Assembly (NCBI GenBank): GCA_963675665.1
Contig: OY776510.1
Coordinates: 1,728,001-1,792,000, forward strand
Origin: Spirochaetia bacterium
GTDB taxonomy: Bacteria > Spirochaetota > Spirochaetia > UBA9216
Length of the DNA: 64,000 bases
Direction: 5' to 3'
Below the pieces are notes generated by a model, which saw nothing but the letters and a program-made list of their open reading frames with translations, made no database searches and had not been told where the DNA came from. Shown piece by piece: positions 10,990-21,321 of the stretch. The position numbers and the translations under genes are program-made. Position 1 is the stretch's first letter; each line of letters begins with the position of its first letter.

Positions 10990-11304
10990 ATGAACAAGCA
11001 ATATACCGCTAAAGAGCGAGCAGACTATCTCACAGAATGGCGTGAGTCCGGGATGTCCGGAGGTCAGTTCTGCCGTGAGAATGATATACGGCCAACCACG
11101 TTTTATAACTGGACCAAACAAGAACGGCAGAAACAGAGAACACAAAAACCGGGTTTCGTAAAATTGCCAATGCTTGAAATACCTGCTGTGAAGAAAAATA
11201 TAATCCTCGAACACGGTGGTTGGAAAATAATCCTGCAGCCTGGATTCAGCAGAGAAGATGCAATGGCAGCGATGGACCTGGTGGAAACGAAAAGTGTTTC
11301 CTGA
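10990..11304 (+). CDS. tnpA: IS66 accessory protein TnpA (HTH)
   Basis: WRESGMSGGQFCRENDIRPTTFYNW. Confidence 0.9.
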   Translation: MNKQYTAKERADYLTEWRESGMSGGQFCRENDIRPTTFYNWTKQERQKQRTQKPGFVKLPMLEIPAVKKNIILEHGGWKIILQPGFSREDAMAAMDLVETKSVS

Positions 11305-11641
11305 TTTCTCCAAGATAAAGATATTCATAAAACCAGGCAGTACCGATATGAGAAAAGCAATAAATGGCTTATCTATGATAGTAGCTGATGAGCTTGAATC
11401 AGATCCACTATCAGGCAATCTATTTTTATTTTGCAATAAAGAGAGACGGAATTTGAAAGCTCTCTATTGGGATAAAAACGGGTTTTGTTTATGGCAGAAG
11501 AAACTTGAAAAACATCGCTTTCCATGGCCGAAAAATAATCAGGATGCAATAGAGCTGAAGCAGACTGAGCTTGACATGCTTCTAAAGGGTATAGATTTCT
11601 GGAATGCTCATACAGAATTAAAATATTCTGAAATAACATAG
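11294..11641 (+). CDS. tnpB: IS66 accessory protein TnpB
   Basis: TDMRKAINGL, LFLFCNKERRNLKALYWDKNGFCLWQKKLEKHRFPWP; GTG start assumed. Confidence 0.92.
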   Translation: MFPDFSKIKIFIKPGSTDMRKAINGLSMIVADELESDPLSGNLFLFCNKERRNLKALYWDKNGFCLWQKKLEKHRFPWPKNNQDAIELKQTELDMLLKGIDFWNAHTELKYSEIT

Positions 11642-11685
11642 TATAAGGAATTTACCCTCGGATCAAAAAATGCTAGACTTAAGAT

Positions 11686-13197
11686 ATGGATGTTGAAAAG
11701 CTTCCTGAAGAAGTACAGCAATACATCAAAGATATTGAACGAAAATGGGCAACGAAATACCAGGCGCTGGAAGAGCGTTTCAAGCTTGAATTGTTCAAGA
11801 AATATAATCGTTCCAGCGAGAAAGACACAGCCGCTCAGATATTACTTTTTGATAGTGAACCGGATATTGCTCCCGAAGAAGAATCTGAAACTCAGAAGGT
11901 AGAATCCTATACCAAAAAGAAACCTGGTCGAAAGAAGATAAACGAGAATCTTCCCCGTGAAGAAATCCTTATTGATATACCCGAAGAAGAGAAGAAATGC
12001 GCTTGCGGAGCAGAACTGGTTAGAATAGGCGAAGAAATATCCGAACGAATAAAAGTTGTACCGGAACAGATGTGGGTAGAAAGAACCATCAGACCCAAAT
12101 ATGCCTGTAAGACTTGTGAAGGCAGCGGAGATGAAGATAAACCTGCGGTGCGGATAGCCCCGACTGCTCCCACAATCTTTCCCAAAAGCATAGTAACACC
12201 CGAGCTCCTTGCATTTTTGCTTGTAAATAAATATGTAGATCATTTGCCTTTCTACCGGCAGGAAAAGAGATTTGAGCGAATAGGGATCAGCATAAGCCGA
12301 CAGGATATGAGCAACTGGCAAAGACAGGCATATGAAGCTCTTATAATCCTGCTTGAACTGATGAAAGAACATCTGAAAACCGGTTCGGTTATGCAGATGG
12401 ATGAAACGAGAATACAGGTTCACAATGAACCGGATAGGCCTGCTACTCGAAACTCCTATATGTGGCTTGCCCGAGGGGGGCCTCCGGGGCAAGTTGCAAT
12501 TCTATATGAATATCATGAAACGAGGGGTTCTAAGAATATTCGCAGTTTTCTGGACGGATTCAGCGGCTATCTTCAGACTGACGGTTATGAAGCATATGTT
12601 ACAGCGTTGAAAGATTATCCAGATATAATTCATGCCGGTTGTTTTGCTCATGCAAGACGGAAATTCTTTGATGCATCAAGAGTATCCAAGAAACCTGGCA
12701 GTGCTGCTGAAGGGCTGAAATATATTCAGAAACTGTATTTGATAGAGAATGAACTCAGAGCTAAAAACTTAAGTGAACCCGAGTTTCTTGCAGAAAGAAA
12801 AAAGAAGGCAGAACCGCTATTGGCCAAGTTCAGTTCCTGGCTTGAGAAAAGGCAGCATAATGTTGTTCCTTCGACTGAACTCGGAAAAGCGATATCATAT
12901 ACAATTGGGCAATGGAGCAAACTTGTAAATTATCTTGAATCACCTTATTTGACTCCGGATAATAATGCCTGTGAAAATGCTATCAGGCCGTTTGTGTTGG
13001 GCAGGAAAAACTGGTTGTTTGCCGGCAGCCCAAAAGGTGCTGAGAGTTCTTGCGGGATTTATTCACTTGTTGAAACAGCAAAGCAAAACGATCTCAACCC
13101 TTATGTTTATCTGAGAAAAGTATTTACCGAAGCTCCGTTGATGAAGTCCAGTGAAGATTGGCAGGAGCTTCTTCCCTGGAATATTTATCTTAACTGA
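11686..13197 (+). CDS. tnpC: IS66 transposase TnpC
   Basis: KYVDHLPFYRQE, MDET, LQTDGYEAY, CFAHARRKF, DNNACENAIRPFVLGRKNWLF. Confidence 0.96.
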   Translation: MDVEKLPEEVQQYIKDIERKWATKYQALEERFKLELFKKYNRSSEKDTAAQILLFDSEPDIAPEEESETQKVESYTKKKPGRKKINENLPREEILIDIPEEEKKCACGAELVRIGEEISERIKVVPEQMWVERTIRPKYACKTCEGSGDEDKPAVRIAPTAPTIFPKSIVTPELLAFLLVNKYVDHLPFYRQEKRFERIGISISRQDMSNWQRQAYEALIILLELMKEHLKTGSVMQMDETRIQVHNEPDRPATRNSYMWLARGGPPGQVAILYEYHETRGSKNIRSFLDGFSGYLQTDGYEAYVTALKDYPDIIHAGCFAHARRKFFDASRVSKKPGSAAEGLKYIQKLYLIENELRAKNLSEPEFLAERKKKAEPLLAKFSSWLEKRQHNVVPSTELGKAISYTIGQWSKLVNYLESPYLTPDNNACENAIRPFVLGRKNWLFAGSPKGAESSCGIYSLVETAKQNDLNPYVYLRKVFTEAPLMKSSEDWQELLPWNIYLN

Positions 13198-13201
13198 TTT
13201 T

Positions 13202-14413
13202 TCAGGGTGCGGTTGTTTTTACGGTTACGTATATACTTGAAATATGGGCCTTTACTGTACGTTCCTTAATGAGCAATGCCCGCGCGGTTTTCCCGATAGT
13301 CCACCCTGCCGTCAGGTATTCAAGCACTTCCGTCTCTCTTGAAGTGAGGTGATAGGCGGCAAGCAGTTCTCTAAACCCCGGAACGACTGTTCCGGTCACA
13401 AGAACGCCCAGAGGATCAGAAAACCGGTCAAAGATTGGCCTGACACGAAGGTCCACGGTCAAGACGCTGCCTCCGTCGTTACCGGAACGTGGAATTGTTA
13501 CGGTATGGAGATGTGAAGGCGTTCCCATTCTCCACTCGTTCAGACTTGAAAGCACCGGCGTTACCCTGTGTTCAATTATAAGATGCCTGCTTTCGGTCAG
13601 CATCTGTTTTTCGCCCAGGATCCTTTCGGCCTTGCCGTTCATGTAGGCGAGTTTTCCTTTAAGATCATAAAGAAGCACAAGATCCTCAACAGAATCAAGT
13701 ATGGTCTTTGTAAGCTGTTCAGGAGCAATTTGCAGGAAGCCGTATTTCCATATAGCATATAGCATTGTTAACACCCAGGGGCAGAAACACAGGGTTGACT
13801 GCGACGGTATGTCCCAGCCGGGAATGAAACCGTTTAGGTAATATTCTGCGAGTATTATAACTGCCAGTACTGCGGAAACCTTTGAAAGAACGGCTGCCTG
13901 CTTTTTCTCCCTTGCAAGACCGGCAGAATGTATATTCCTCAGGTAGAAAAATACGGGGACCATCCATGTAGACAGTGCGTATGCCATCCAGATCTTTTGC
14001 AGCGGATCCGTAACGGGCAGGTTCCAGAGTATCTCACCATCCGGAGAGATTGCCGGATCAAGACTTATCGGGTGAAAAAAGTTGATTACGCAGAAAATCA
14101 GGGCGGGAGTATAGAGCGCAAGAGCAAGTACATGCGGCATCGGCTTTCCGTACCGTATGGAATATGCGAAATGAAGGTTCAGCGGAAAAAACAGAAACAA
14201 GCCTATGCAGGAAACCGGCACAAGCACCCGAAGGACATCAAGGCTTACCGTGTTATATACAAAATATGCAAGAATGTTCCACTGGAACAATGCAAGGGCC
14301 GCAAGAGTAAGGATATTATGACTGCTTGTCCTCGGCCGCATCCGGCAAAGCATCAGAAACATCAGAAAATACAGTGTGGAAGAAACGAGGTTCAGCAGGC
14401 TGATGACAACCAT
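13202..14413 (-). pseudogene. Membrane-anchored (7TM sensor + PAS-like + LuxR HTH) regulator with its C-terminus replaced by IS66 end sequence
   Basis: About seven hydrophobic segments, ILDSVEDLVLLYD PAS start, LTSRETEVLEYL...TVKAHISSIY; the final VTVKTTAP* is encoded by the IS66 right IR. Confidence 0.8.
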
Positions 14414-14534
14414 GGATTATTTTAATCCCTTTATCCTGAAAATCACAGAAAAATAAATATGTTTACCTGGGATATCAGTAAATTTAAAATAAAACGATCA
14501 TATTACAGGATGTAAATTCGCCTCAGCCGAGCCG

Positions 14535-14581
14535 TATTGTACCTTGGTACAATATGCAGCTTTTTATTTCCGGCTTATAAT
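14535..14581 (+). promoter_or_regulatory. Perfect palindrome (probable LuxR-type operator) and -10 box upstream of the FG-GAP gene
   Basis: TATTGTACC-TT-GGTACAATA at 14535-14554; TATAAT at 14576-14581. Confidence 0.6.
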
Positions 14582-14606
14582 TTAAGGTAAAAAAAGGGTT
14601 TATATT

Positions 14607-16322
14607 ATGAAAAAGATTTTTTGTTTTATTGCCGCGACACTTTTATTTTTCCTTTCTCTTGCAGGTTGCGTTGATACTCCTTCCATAGAAACTGCCGTTC
14701 TCTCGTTTGTTTTCAGGGCCGCCGACAACCCGGCTCTTTCAGAAGACGTTACCGCCGATCTATCCGGAACTTCGATAACGGCTTTATGCCCCGCCGGAAC
14801 CGATCTTACAGCGCTTGTGCCTGCCGTCACAGTTTCCGAAGGCGCCTCGATCTCTCCGGCCGGCGGAATGGCGCAGGATTTTTCCGGCCCTGTAAACTAC
14901 AGGGTCACGGCAGCTGACGGGGAATCGTATACGGATTATACTGTTTCGGTTTCTGCCGGATCCTTTACCCTGAGATCTTCAGTTAGCCGGCTGAAGTCAT
15001 GGTTCTGGTACGCCGACGCCGGCACGGATGATTTAACCTTCAGTATATATGAAGAGGACGGTCTGGACTGCAGCTGGACGGTAACGGTCGATGTGTCCTG
15101 GGCGTCACTTGATTCGGTATCCGGAAATCTTACAGGCAGCGCGGCGGCTCTTACATGCACGATAGATTCCGCCGGCCTTACATCCGGCACTCACAGCGGA
15201 ACGGCAGTATTCAGCACGGGCACAGGGCAGGACTTGACTGTCAACCTGACGGCGGTAGTAGCCGAGCCGATCCAGCATGTAATAGATACGGGACTTTCAG
15301 TCCCGTCAAGCATTTCAGCGGCGGACATAGACGGCGACGGCGATACCGACATTGCCGCAAGCGGTGGGGGAACATATCTTTATAAAAACGACGGTTCAGG
15401 CGGTTTCGGCGCAAAGGTAACCGTACAGGGGACAGCCGAGGGCGCGGGAGACCGTATGCGGATAGCCGATATGGACGGCGATAATGAGCTTGATATCATC
15501 AATAACTCGCCCGTCGGGGTCTCGCCGCAGTATACCCTTATCTGGTACCAGAACGACGGAAATGAAAACTTCACACAGAATAACATTCTTGCTACTTCGT
15601 ACTGCTACGGAATAGATACAGGAGATTTTGACGGCGACGGGCTTACTGATATCATCGGTTACAGGAGTCTTGGCGGAGGGTATTGGGCCAACAGTATCTG
15701 GATAAACGAGCTTGACGAGGCCTCTCCGGGCTGGAACGAACAGCAATATTACCTGACAACCTATGCCACATTGCACTGGTCTGCTGATATGGACGGGGAC
15801 GGGGACCTTGATATTGCCTGTATCTCTCAACCTTCCTACTATCGTGTATACTGGTATGAAAACGACGGCGCGTCTCCTCCCGGTTTTACAGGTAATTCCA
15901 TCATTAATACGGAAGATTCCATTTCAGCCATTTCTCCTCTGGATTTCAACGGAGACGGACATACCGACATTGCTGCAGTCGTTAACGGCAACCTGTACAT
16001 CTTTGCAAACGACGGCGCAGCCGAACCTTCATTCGCCGTACCTGACGACCCGGCGGCATCCGGACTTTCGTATTCATATTCACTGAATGCCGGAGACCTC
16101 AACGGCGACGGGCTGGACGACGTTATCATCGCATCAACGGCTTCGGACACGGTGGTTATCTGCCTCAGTACGGGAGAGACCGCTCCGGGATGGCCTGTTT
16201 ACACGGTTACTACCGGTTTCGATGCCGGCGAGGTGATTGCCCTTGACGCCGACTGCGACGGCGATACCGACCTTGCAGGGGTATCAATCGCCGGTAATCT
16301 TGTTGTCTGGTGGGAGCTGTAG
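14607..16322 (+). CDS. Surface lipoprotein with Ig-like N-terminal domains and FG-GAP/VCBS beta-propeller repeats
   Basis: Lipobox LSLAGC; DFSGPVNYRVTAADG..TDYTV Ig-like motif; about seven D(I/M/F/L)(D/N)GDGxxD repeats. Confidence 0.85.
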   Translation: MKKIFCFIAATLLFFLSLAGCVDTPSIETAVLSFVFRAADNPALSEDVTADLSGTSITALCPAGTDLTALVPAVTVSEGASISPAGGMAQDFSGPVNYRVTAADGESYTDYTVSVSAGSFTLRSSVSRLKSWFWYADAGTDDLTFSIYEEDGLDCSWTVTVDVSWASLDSVSGNLTGSAAALTCTIDSAGLTSGTHSGTAVFSTGTGQDLTVNLTAVVAEPIQHVIDTGLSVPSSISAADIDGDGDTDIAASGGGTYLYKNDGSGGFGAKVTVQGTAEGAGDRMRIADMDGDNELDIINNSPVGVSPQYTLIWYQNDGNENFTQNNILATSYCYGIDTGDFDGDGLTDIIGYRSLGGGYWANSIWINELDEASPGWNEQQYYLTTYATLHWSADMDGDGDLDIACISQPSYYRVYWYENDGASPPGFTGNSIINTEDSISAISPLDFNGDGHTDIAAVVNGNLYIFANDGAAEPSFAVPDDPAASGLSYSYSLNAGDLNGDGLDDVIIASTASDTVVICLSTGETAPGWPVYTVTTGFDAGEVIALDADCDGDTDLAGVSIAGNLVVWWEL

Positions 16323-16388
16323 AAGCGGCCGGCTTTCGGTGAATCGACTGTATGCAATTTAATTTTCATCGGGATAATGAACGCCTGA

Positions 16389-17396
16389 CTAGCATGATGA
16401 ACGAACAATCAGATTGGTTGGAATTCTGTATTCTTTTACAGGCATATCAACTTCATGAATCCTGTCAAGCAATACTTTCGCAGCTGTTTTTCCGATTAAT
16501 TCCCTGTCCTGGTTTACAGCAGTTATTGCGGGTGAAGTCATGGAAAGCCAGAAGGCATTGTCGAATGTGACGACAGCAACATCTTCGGGGAATTTGTAAT
16601 TGTTTTCCAGTAAGTAGCTTACGGCGCCTACAGCTGCCAGTTCATTTCCGCAAAGAAAAGCCGTTACTTTTTTTTCTTCAACGAGATATCGGGCCAGTCT
16701 GTTTCCATCGCCGCTTTTTAAGTCGTTCAGAAGCTGTGAACCTCCGCTTCCCGTCGTTATAAGATCATTATCAACCGGAATTCCATGCTTTTTCAATGCA
16801 CCTTTAAAACCGTCTATCCTCTCTTTCATTGTACCGTCCAGATGAGATCCTATAAATCCTATATTGCGATGCCCTTTCCCGATTAGAATTTCCGCACCTT
16901 TGAATGCCCCTTCATAATTCATAGACATTATACAGTCGCCTGCATATCCTTCAGGGATACGATCGAAAAATACACACGGACATCTGTTCCGGACCAGGGA
17001 TTCCAGATAACTGCAGTCCTGGCCAACCGGCGCAATTATCAATCCATCAACATTTTGCATCATAAGTCTCTCTATATTCTCTCTTTCGATTTCCTTGTCT
17101 TCATTTGAGTTTATATAGATAAGATAGTAGCCTTCCGACTTTAAAACTTTATCAATACTCAGTGCGATATCCATAAAGAATGAATTCGACAGGTTGGATA
17201 CAACAACTCCGATTAATTTGGAGCTGCCGCTTCTTAATGTTCTTGCAACCGGATTAACATTATAATTAAGATCAGTTATAGCCTGCAAGACTTTTTCGGT
17301 AGTCTCAGGATTTACTTTTCTGGTTTTATTGATTACATGGGAGACAGTTGATACAGATACATTTGCACGTTGCGCTACATCCTTCATCGAACTCAT
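16389..17396 (-). CDS. LacI-family transcriptional regulator
   Basis: MKDVAQRANVSVSTVSHVIN HTH plus sugar-binding domain. Confidence 0.95.
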   Translation of the reverse strand: MSSMKDVAQRANVSVSTVSHVINKTRKVNPETTEKVLQAITDLNYNVNPVARTLRSGSSKLIGVVVSNLSNSFFMDIALSIDKVLKSEGYYLIYINSNEDKEIERENIERLMMQNVDGLIIAPVGQDCSYLESLVRNRCPCVFFDRIPEGYAGDCIMSMNYEGAFKGAEILIGKGHRNIGFIGSHLDGTMKERIDGFKGALKKHGIPVDNDLITTGSGGSQLLNDLKSGDGNRLARYLVEEKKVTAFLCGNELAAVGAVSYLLENNYKFPEDVAVVTFDNAFWLSMTSPAITAVNQDRELIGKTAAKVLLDRIHEVDMPVKEYRIPTNLIVRSSC

Positions 17397-17415
17397 AATA
17401 ACTTTCCTCCAGTTT

Positions 17416-17557
17416 ACGCAATCGTTTTCCTATTACGATACACCAACTGAAATCGATCGTCAAGTTTATAGAATTAACTGTCCGATTTTTTAAAAATTTA
17501 ATTTGACAAATGAGAAGTCCGGGTATATGATAAGAAAATCGATTGCGCAAACGATTT
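17416..17557. promoter_or_regulatory. Divergent promoter region with LacI-type operators
   Basis: TTGACA(17503)-17bp-TATGAT(17526); operator-like ACGCAATCGTTTTCC (17416) and AGAAAATCGATTGCGCAAACGATTT (17533). Confidence 0.65.
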
Positions 17558-17683
17558 TATGTTTAATATTCAAAATTGTGATTTGATTATCAAGATATCT
17601 TCGTTATGAAATATTAAATAATCAAATTGAAAACAAAAATTGTAAAATCTGTGTTTTAATGAAAAGAAGGAGTTAGGTGAGTT

Positions 17684-18619
17684 ATGAAAAAGATTTTTAT
17701 TTTATTGGTAATGCTTACATTGATAGTTTTTGGACTCTCGGCAAACGGCAAGAGTGAAGGTCCCGGGGGAATGAAAGTCGGAATGACTATACAGGACCTG
17801 AACAATCAGGTTTGGGCCTCAAGAGCAGTTGCCTTAAAAGCAAAGATTGAAGGCAATGGCGGCAGCTTTACTTATGTAGGTTGTGATAATAATGCGTCAA
17901 AACAGATTAGCCAGATTGAAAACTTTGTTTCAGCCGGCGTAGATATCATTATGGTTCATCCTGCGGACGATAGCGCCATAAATGCAGCTTTGACAAATGT
18001 TCCTGATAATATCAAGGTATTTGTATACGACAGTGATCTTGAAAACGGTGATGTACGTTTTCTGCTTGATAATTATGAAGCCGGTAAACTCATAGGAAAG
18101 ATGGCCGCGGAATGGATTAATGAAAAACTCGGCGGAAAGGCTGAAGTAGCAATTATAAACTGGCCTCAGCTGGAGATTCTTCTGGAAAGAGAGAACGGGA
18201 TAAGGGATTCGCTTGCAGCAATCTCCCCGAATGCAAAAGTTGTTGCGGCTGCTCCGGCTCTTACTCCTGCCGATGCGATTACTGCAGTAGAAACAATGCT
18301 TCAGGCTCATCCGAATATTCAGATTGTCTGTTCTATCGGAGGCGGCGGTGCTGCCGGTGCCAATGAGGCTTTCAAGGCTGCCGGAATGCTTAACGACAAG
18401 GTCGGGGTATTTGCATCAGATGCTACCACGCCTGAACTTCAGGCTATGGTTAACGGTGAGGCTTGCCGTTTTTCAATAATGTATACAGGAACTTCCGATG
18501 ATGCTGCTGAACTTATATATGGATGGCTTGATAAAATGTACAAGGGCGAAGCTATAGACAGCAGAGTCTACCATGTATTTGTTTCTGTAACACCTGAAAA
18601 CGCCAAGGATTATATGTAA
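17684..18619 (+). CDS. Sugar/polyol ABC substrate-binding protein
   Basis: Signal peptide ending LSANGKSE; DNNASKQISQIENF; periplasmic binding protein type 1 pattern. Confidence 0.9.
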   Translation: MKKIFILLVMLTLIVFGLSANGKSEGPGGMKVGMTIQDLNNQVWASRAVALKAKIEGNGGSFTYVGCDNNASKQISQIENFVSAGVDIIMVHPADDSAINAALTNVPDNIKVFVYDSDLENGDVRFLLDNYEAGKLIGKMAAEWINEKLGGKAEVAIINWPQLEILLERENGIRDSLAAISPNAKVVAAAPALTPADAITAVETMLQAHPNIQIVCSIGGGGAAGANEAFKAAGMLNDKVGVFASDATTPELQAMVNGEACRFSIMYTGTSDDAAELIYGWLDKMYKGEAIDSRVYHVFVSVTPENAKDYM

Positions 18620-18633
18620 AATCTTTTTATGGG

Positions 18634-18660
18634 GGAGGATGATTTGATCATCCTCCTTTC
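18634..18660 (+). terminator. Intercistronic stem-loop after the binding-protein gene
   Basis: GGAGGATGAT-TTG-ATCATCCTCC followed by a T-rich tract. Confidence 0.55.
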
Positions 18661-18686
18661 TATTTTATACTGTGGAGATCGGAATT

Positions 18687-20213
18687 ATGCCGGAAACTAT
18701 AACGCCATGTCTTCAATTAAATGAAATCACAAAAATATATCCGGGAGTAGTTGCACTGGATAATGTATCATTTGAAGTTCTGCCGGGAGAAATTCATGCC
18801 CTGGTAGGAGAAAACGGAGCGGGAAAATCTACTCTTATAAAAACATGCTCGGGCGCTGAAATACCAAGTCAGGGTGAAATAGTTGTTAATGGAAAAGAAT
18901 TCAGTTCCATGACGCCGAAAATATCCGAGGAAAACGGTATCGCAGTCATTTATCAGGAATTTAATCTTGTAGGCGAACTGAGTGTTGCCGAGAATATTTT
19001 TCTCGGCAGAGCCCTTCGTAAAGGTATAGTTATTAATATGCCTGCCATGATCGCGGAATCCGAAAGAATTTTTAAACAGTTTGAGATAGATATTGATCCT
19101 ACCGGGCTGGTAAAGAACCTTACTGTCGGATATCAGCAGATAGTGGAGATAGCCAAGGCTATTTCGCTGAAAGCCAGGATCCTTATTATGGATGAGCCGA
19201 CTGCACCCCTGACAAAAGGCGAAACCGAACATCTGTTCAGCATGGTCGAAAAGCTTAAAAAATCAGGGGTTACAATTATTTACATTTCACACCGTATGGA
19301 TGAAATTTTTCGGCTCGCCGATCGGATAACCGTACTCAGGGACGGAAAAAAGATAGCAACACTGAATAAGAAAGATACAAATCTGGACGGGCTTGTAAAA
19401 TTGATGGTAGGGCGTGAGCTAACAGAAACATTTCCCGAAAGAAAAAATTATATCAAAGAAGAAGTGCTGCTTGAGGTTGAAGGTCTTTCCGGCAACGGAG
19501 TGAAGGATATCAGCTTCAAGGTCAGAAAGGGAGAAGTGCTTGGTTTTGCAGGCCTTGTGGGGGCAGGACGCACCGAAGTGGCGGAACTACTATTCGGATA
19601 TAAGCCGATTGAGAAGGGAGAGATCAGGTTTAAAGGCAAAAAGTTTCTGCCTGTCTCGCCCAGGCATGCAATAGATAACGGTATAGCGCTGTTGCCTGAA
19701 GATCGAAAAAAGCTGGGGGCACTGCTGGATTTTGATATCAAGGGTAATATAAGCAGCGCAATACTTCCGAGAATTTCCAGACTTTCAGTTGTAAATAAAA
19801 GAATAGAATCTGAAAAAGCTGAATATTATAAAAAAAGCATAAGGATTAAGGCTCCTGATCTTTTCGAAAAGATGAAGAACCTCAGCGGCGGAAACCAGCA
19901 GAAGGTCATTATTGCAAAGTGGCTTGCTTCGGAACCGGAATTGATAATCTTTGATGAACCGACCCGCGGTATAGACGTAGGTGCAAAGTATGAAATTTAT
20001 AAACTGATGAACGCCCTTGTTGAGCAGGGCCATACAATTCTGATGATCTCTTCAGAGATGGAAGAAGTCATGGGAATGTCCGATCGAATTATTGTTCTTT
20101 CCGAAGGCAGAAAAACAGGAGAACTGGAAAAGTCGGAATTCAGCCAGGAAAAAATACTTAACCTGGCATCGATAATTGAGGTCAGTAACAATATAGGAGA
20201 AGCAGTTTTATGA
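18687..20213 (+). CDS. Sugar ABC ATP-binding protein (RbsA type)
   Basis: GENGAGKSTL, MDEPTAPL, LSGGNQQK, DEPTRGIDVGAK. Confidence 0.95.
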   Translation: MPETITPCLQLNEITKIYPGVVALDNVSFEVLPGEIHALVGENGAGKSTLIKTCSGAEIPSQGEIVVNGKEFSSMTPKISEENGIAVIYQEFNLVGELSVAENIFLGRALRKGIVINMPAMIAESERIFKQFEIDIDPTGLVKNLTVGYQQIVEIAKAISLKARILIMDEPTAPLTKGETEHLFSMVEKLKKSGVTIIYISHRMDEIFRLADRITVLRDGKKIATLNKKDTNLDGLVKLMVGRELTETFPERKNYIKEEVLLEVEGLSGNGVKDISFKVRKGEVLGFAGLVGAGRTEVAELLFGYKPIEKGEIRFKGKKFLPVSPRHAIDNGIALLPEDRKKLGALLDFDIKGNISSAILPRISRLSVVNKRIESEKAEYYKKSIRIKAPDLFEKMKNLSGGNQQKVIIAKWLASEPELIIFDEPTRGIDVGAKYEIYKLMNALVEQGHTILMISSEMEEVMGMSDRIIVLSEGRKTGELEKSEFSQEKILNLASIIEVSNNIGEAVL

Positions 20214-21166
20214 TTAATATAAAAACACAACTGAAGACATACGGTATTTACCTGGTATTTTTGGTTCTCGTAGTTTTTTTTGCAATAGCATCACCAAGTT
20301 TCCTGAAAACCGGGAATTTATTAAATGTTGCCAGACAGATCTCAATGATGGGGATTGCTGCAGTGGGAATGACGTTCGCTTTATTGCTCGGCGGTATAGA
20401 TTTGTCCATTGGTTCACAAATAACCCTGGTAAATATCGTAACAGCCTGGCTTATGGTCAACGGCGGAGTCAACCCGGTTCTTGCAACTATCATTGCTCTT
20501 GCAATGAGTTCGGGTATCGGTTTCTTTAACGGTTGGGTTATAGCCAATATCAAGATTCCTCCGATTATCGTAACCCTGAGCATGATGATTATTATTGAGG
20601 GACTGGCCTCCGTAATATGTCAGGGATTACCCATATTCGGGTTCCCCCAATCCTTTACTGTAATAGGGCAGGGGTATCTCGGCCCTATTCCGATACCGGT
20701 TATCATAATGGTTGTAATATTGTTTATTGGTTCCTTTATTTTAAACAAAACGTATTTCGGAAGATACTTTTACGCAGTCGGCGGTAATGCGGAAGCTTCG
20801 AATCTTTCGGGTATCAATGTAAACCGTGTAAATTATCTCGTTTATACTTTATCCGGTCTTTTTTCAGGGATTGCAGGTATAGTGATGCTTTCACGGACCA
20901 ATTCAGGGCAGGTCCTTTCAGGCAAGGGTTTTGAATTCGAAGTTTTAACGGCCTGTGTTATCGGCGGAGTCAGCGTCGTTGGAGGCGTAGGTAAAATATC
21001 CAATGTAGTAGCTGGACTGCTGATTCTGGGTGTTCTCAGCAACGGATTAATTCTTTTAAATGTCAGTCAGTTTACCCAGATGGTAATTAAAGGAAGCGTA
21101 CTGCTTCTGGCTGTAGCTTTCGACAGTATCCAGAGGAACCAGACTATTGTTTCCGCTAAAGAATAA
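20210..21166 (+). CDS. Sugar ABC permease
   Basis: GGIDLSIGS, FGRYFYAVGGNAEASNLSGI. Confidence 0.95.
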   Translation: MINIKTQLKTYGIYLVFLVLVVFFAIASPSFLKTGNLLNVARQISMMGIAAVGMTFALLLGGIDLSIGSQITLVNIVTAWLMVNGGVNPVLATIIALAMSSGIGFFNGWVIANIKIPPIIVTLSMMIIIEGLASVICQGLPIFGFPQSFTVIGQGYLGPIPIPVIIMVVILFIGSFILNKTYFGRYFYAVGGNAEASNLSGINVNRVNYLVYTLSGLFSGIAGIVMLSRTNSGQVLSGKGFEFEVLTACVIGGVSVVGGVGKISNVVAGLLILGVLSNGLILLNVSQFTQMVIKGSVLLLAVAFDSIQRNQTIVSAKE

Positions 21167-21321
21167 AGGTTTTCTATGATTGTTAATAATTCTGAATGAT
21201 ATCAAACAAACCGTGAAAGACAGAATTTTTTTGTCAGGTTAATGTTTCATAGTGTTCTGGATTTATCGTCCATAAATATTCTTTATTAAATACTCGACAT
21301 CAATACCAGTAAAAGGAAAAT

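Larger units (their letters stand above)
10918..13228 (+). mobile_element. Complete IS66-family insertion sequence (2311 bp)
   Basis: 23-bp terminal IRs GTAACCGT(C/A)AAAACAACCGCACC at 10918-10940 and 13206-13228 (22/23 identical) enclosing tnpA-tnpB-tnpC. Confidence 0.95.
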
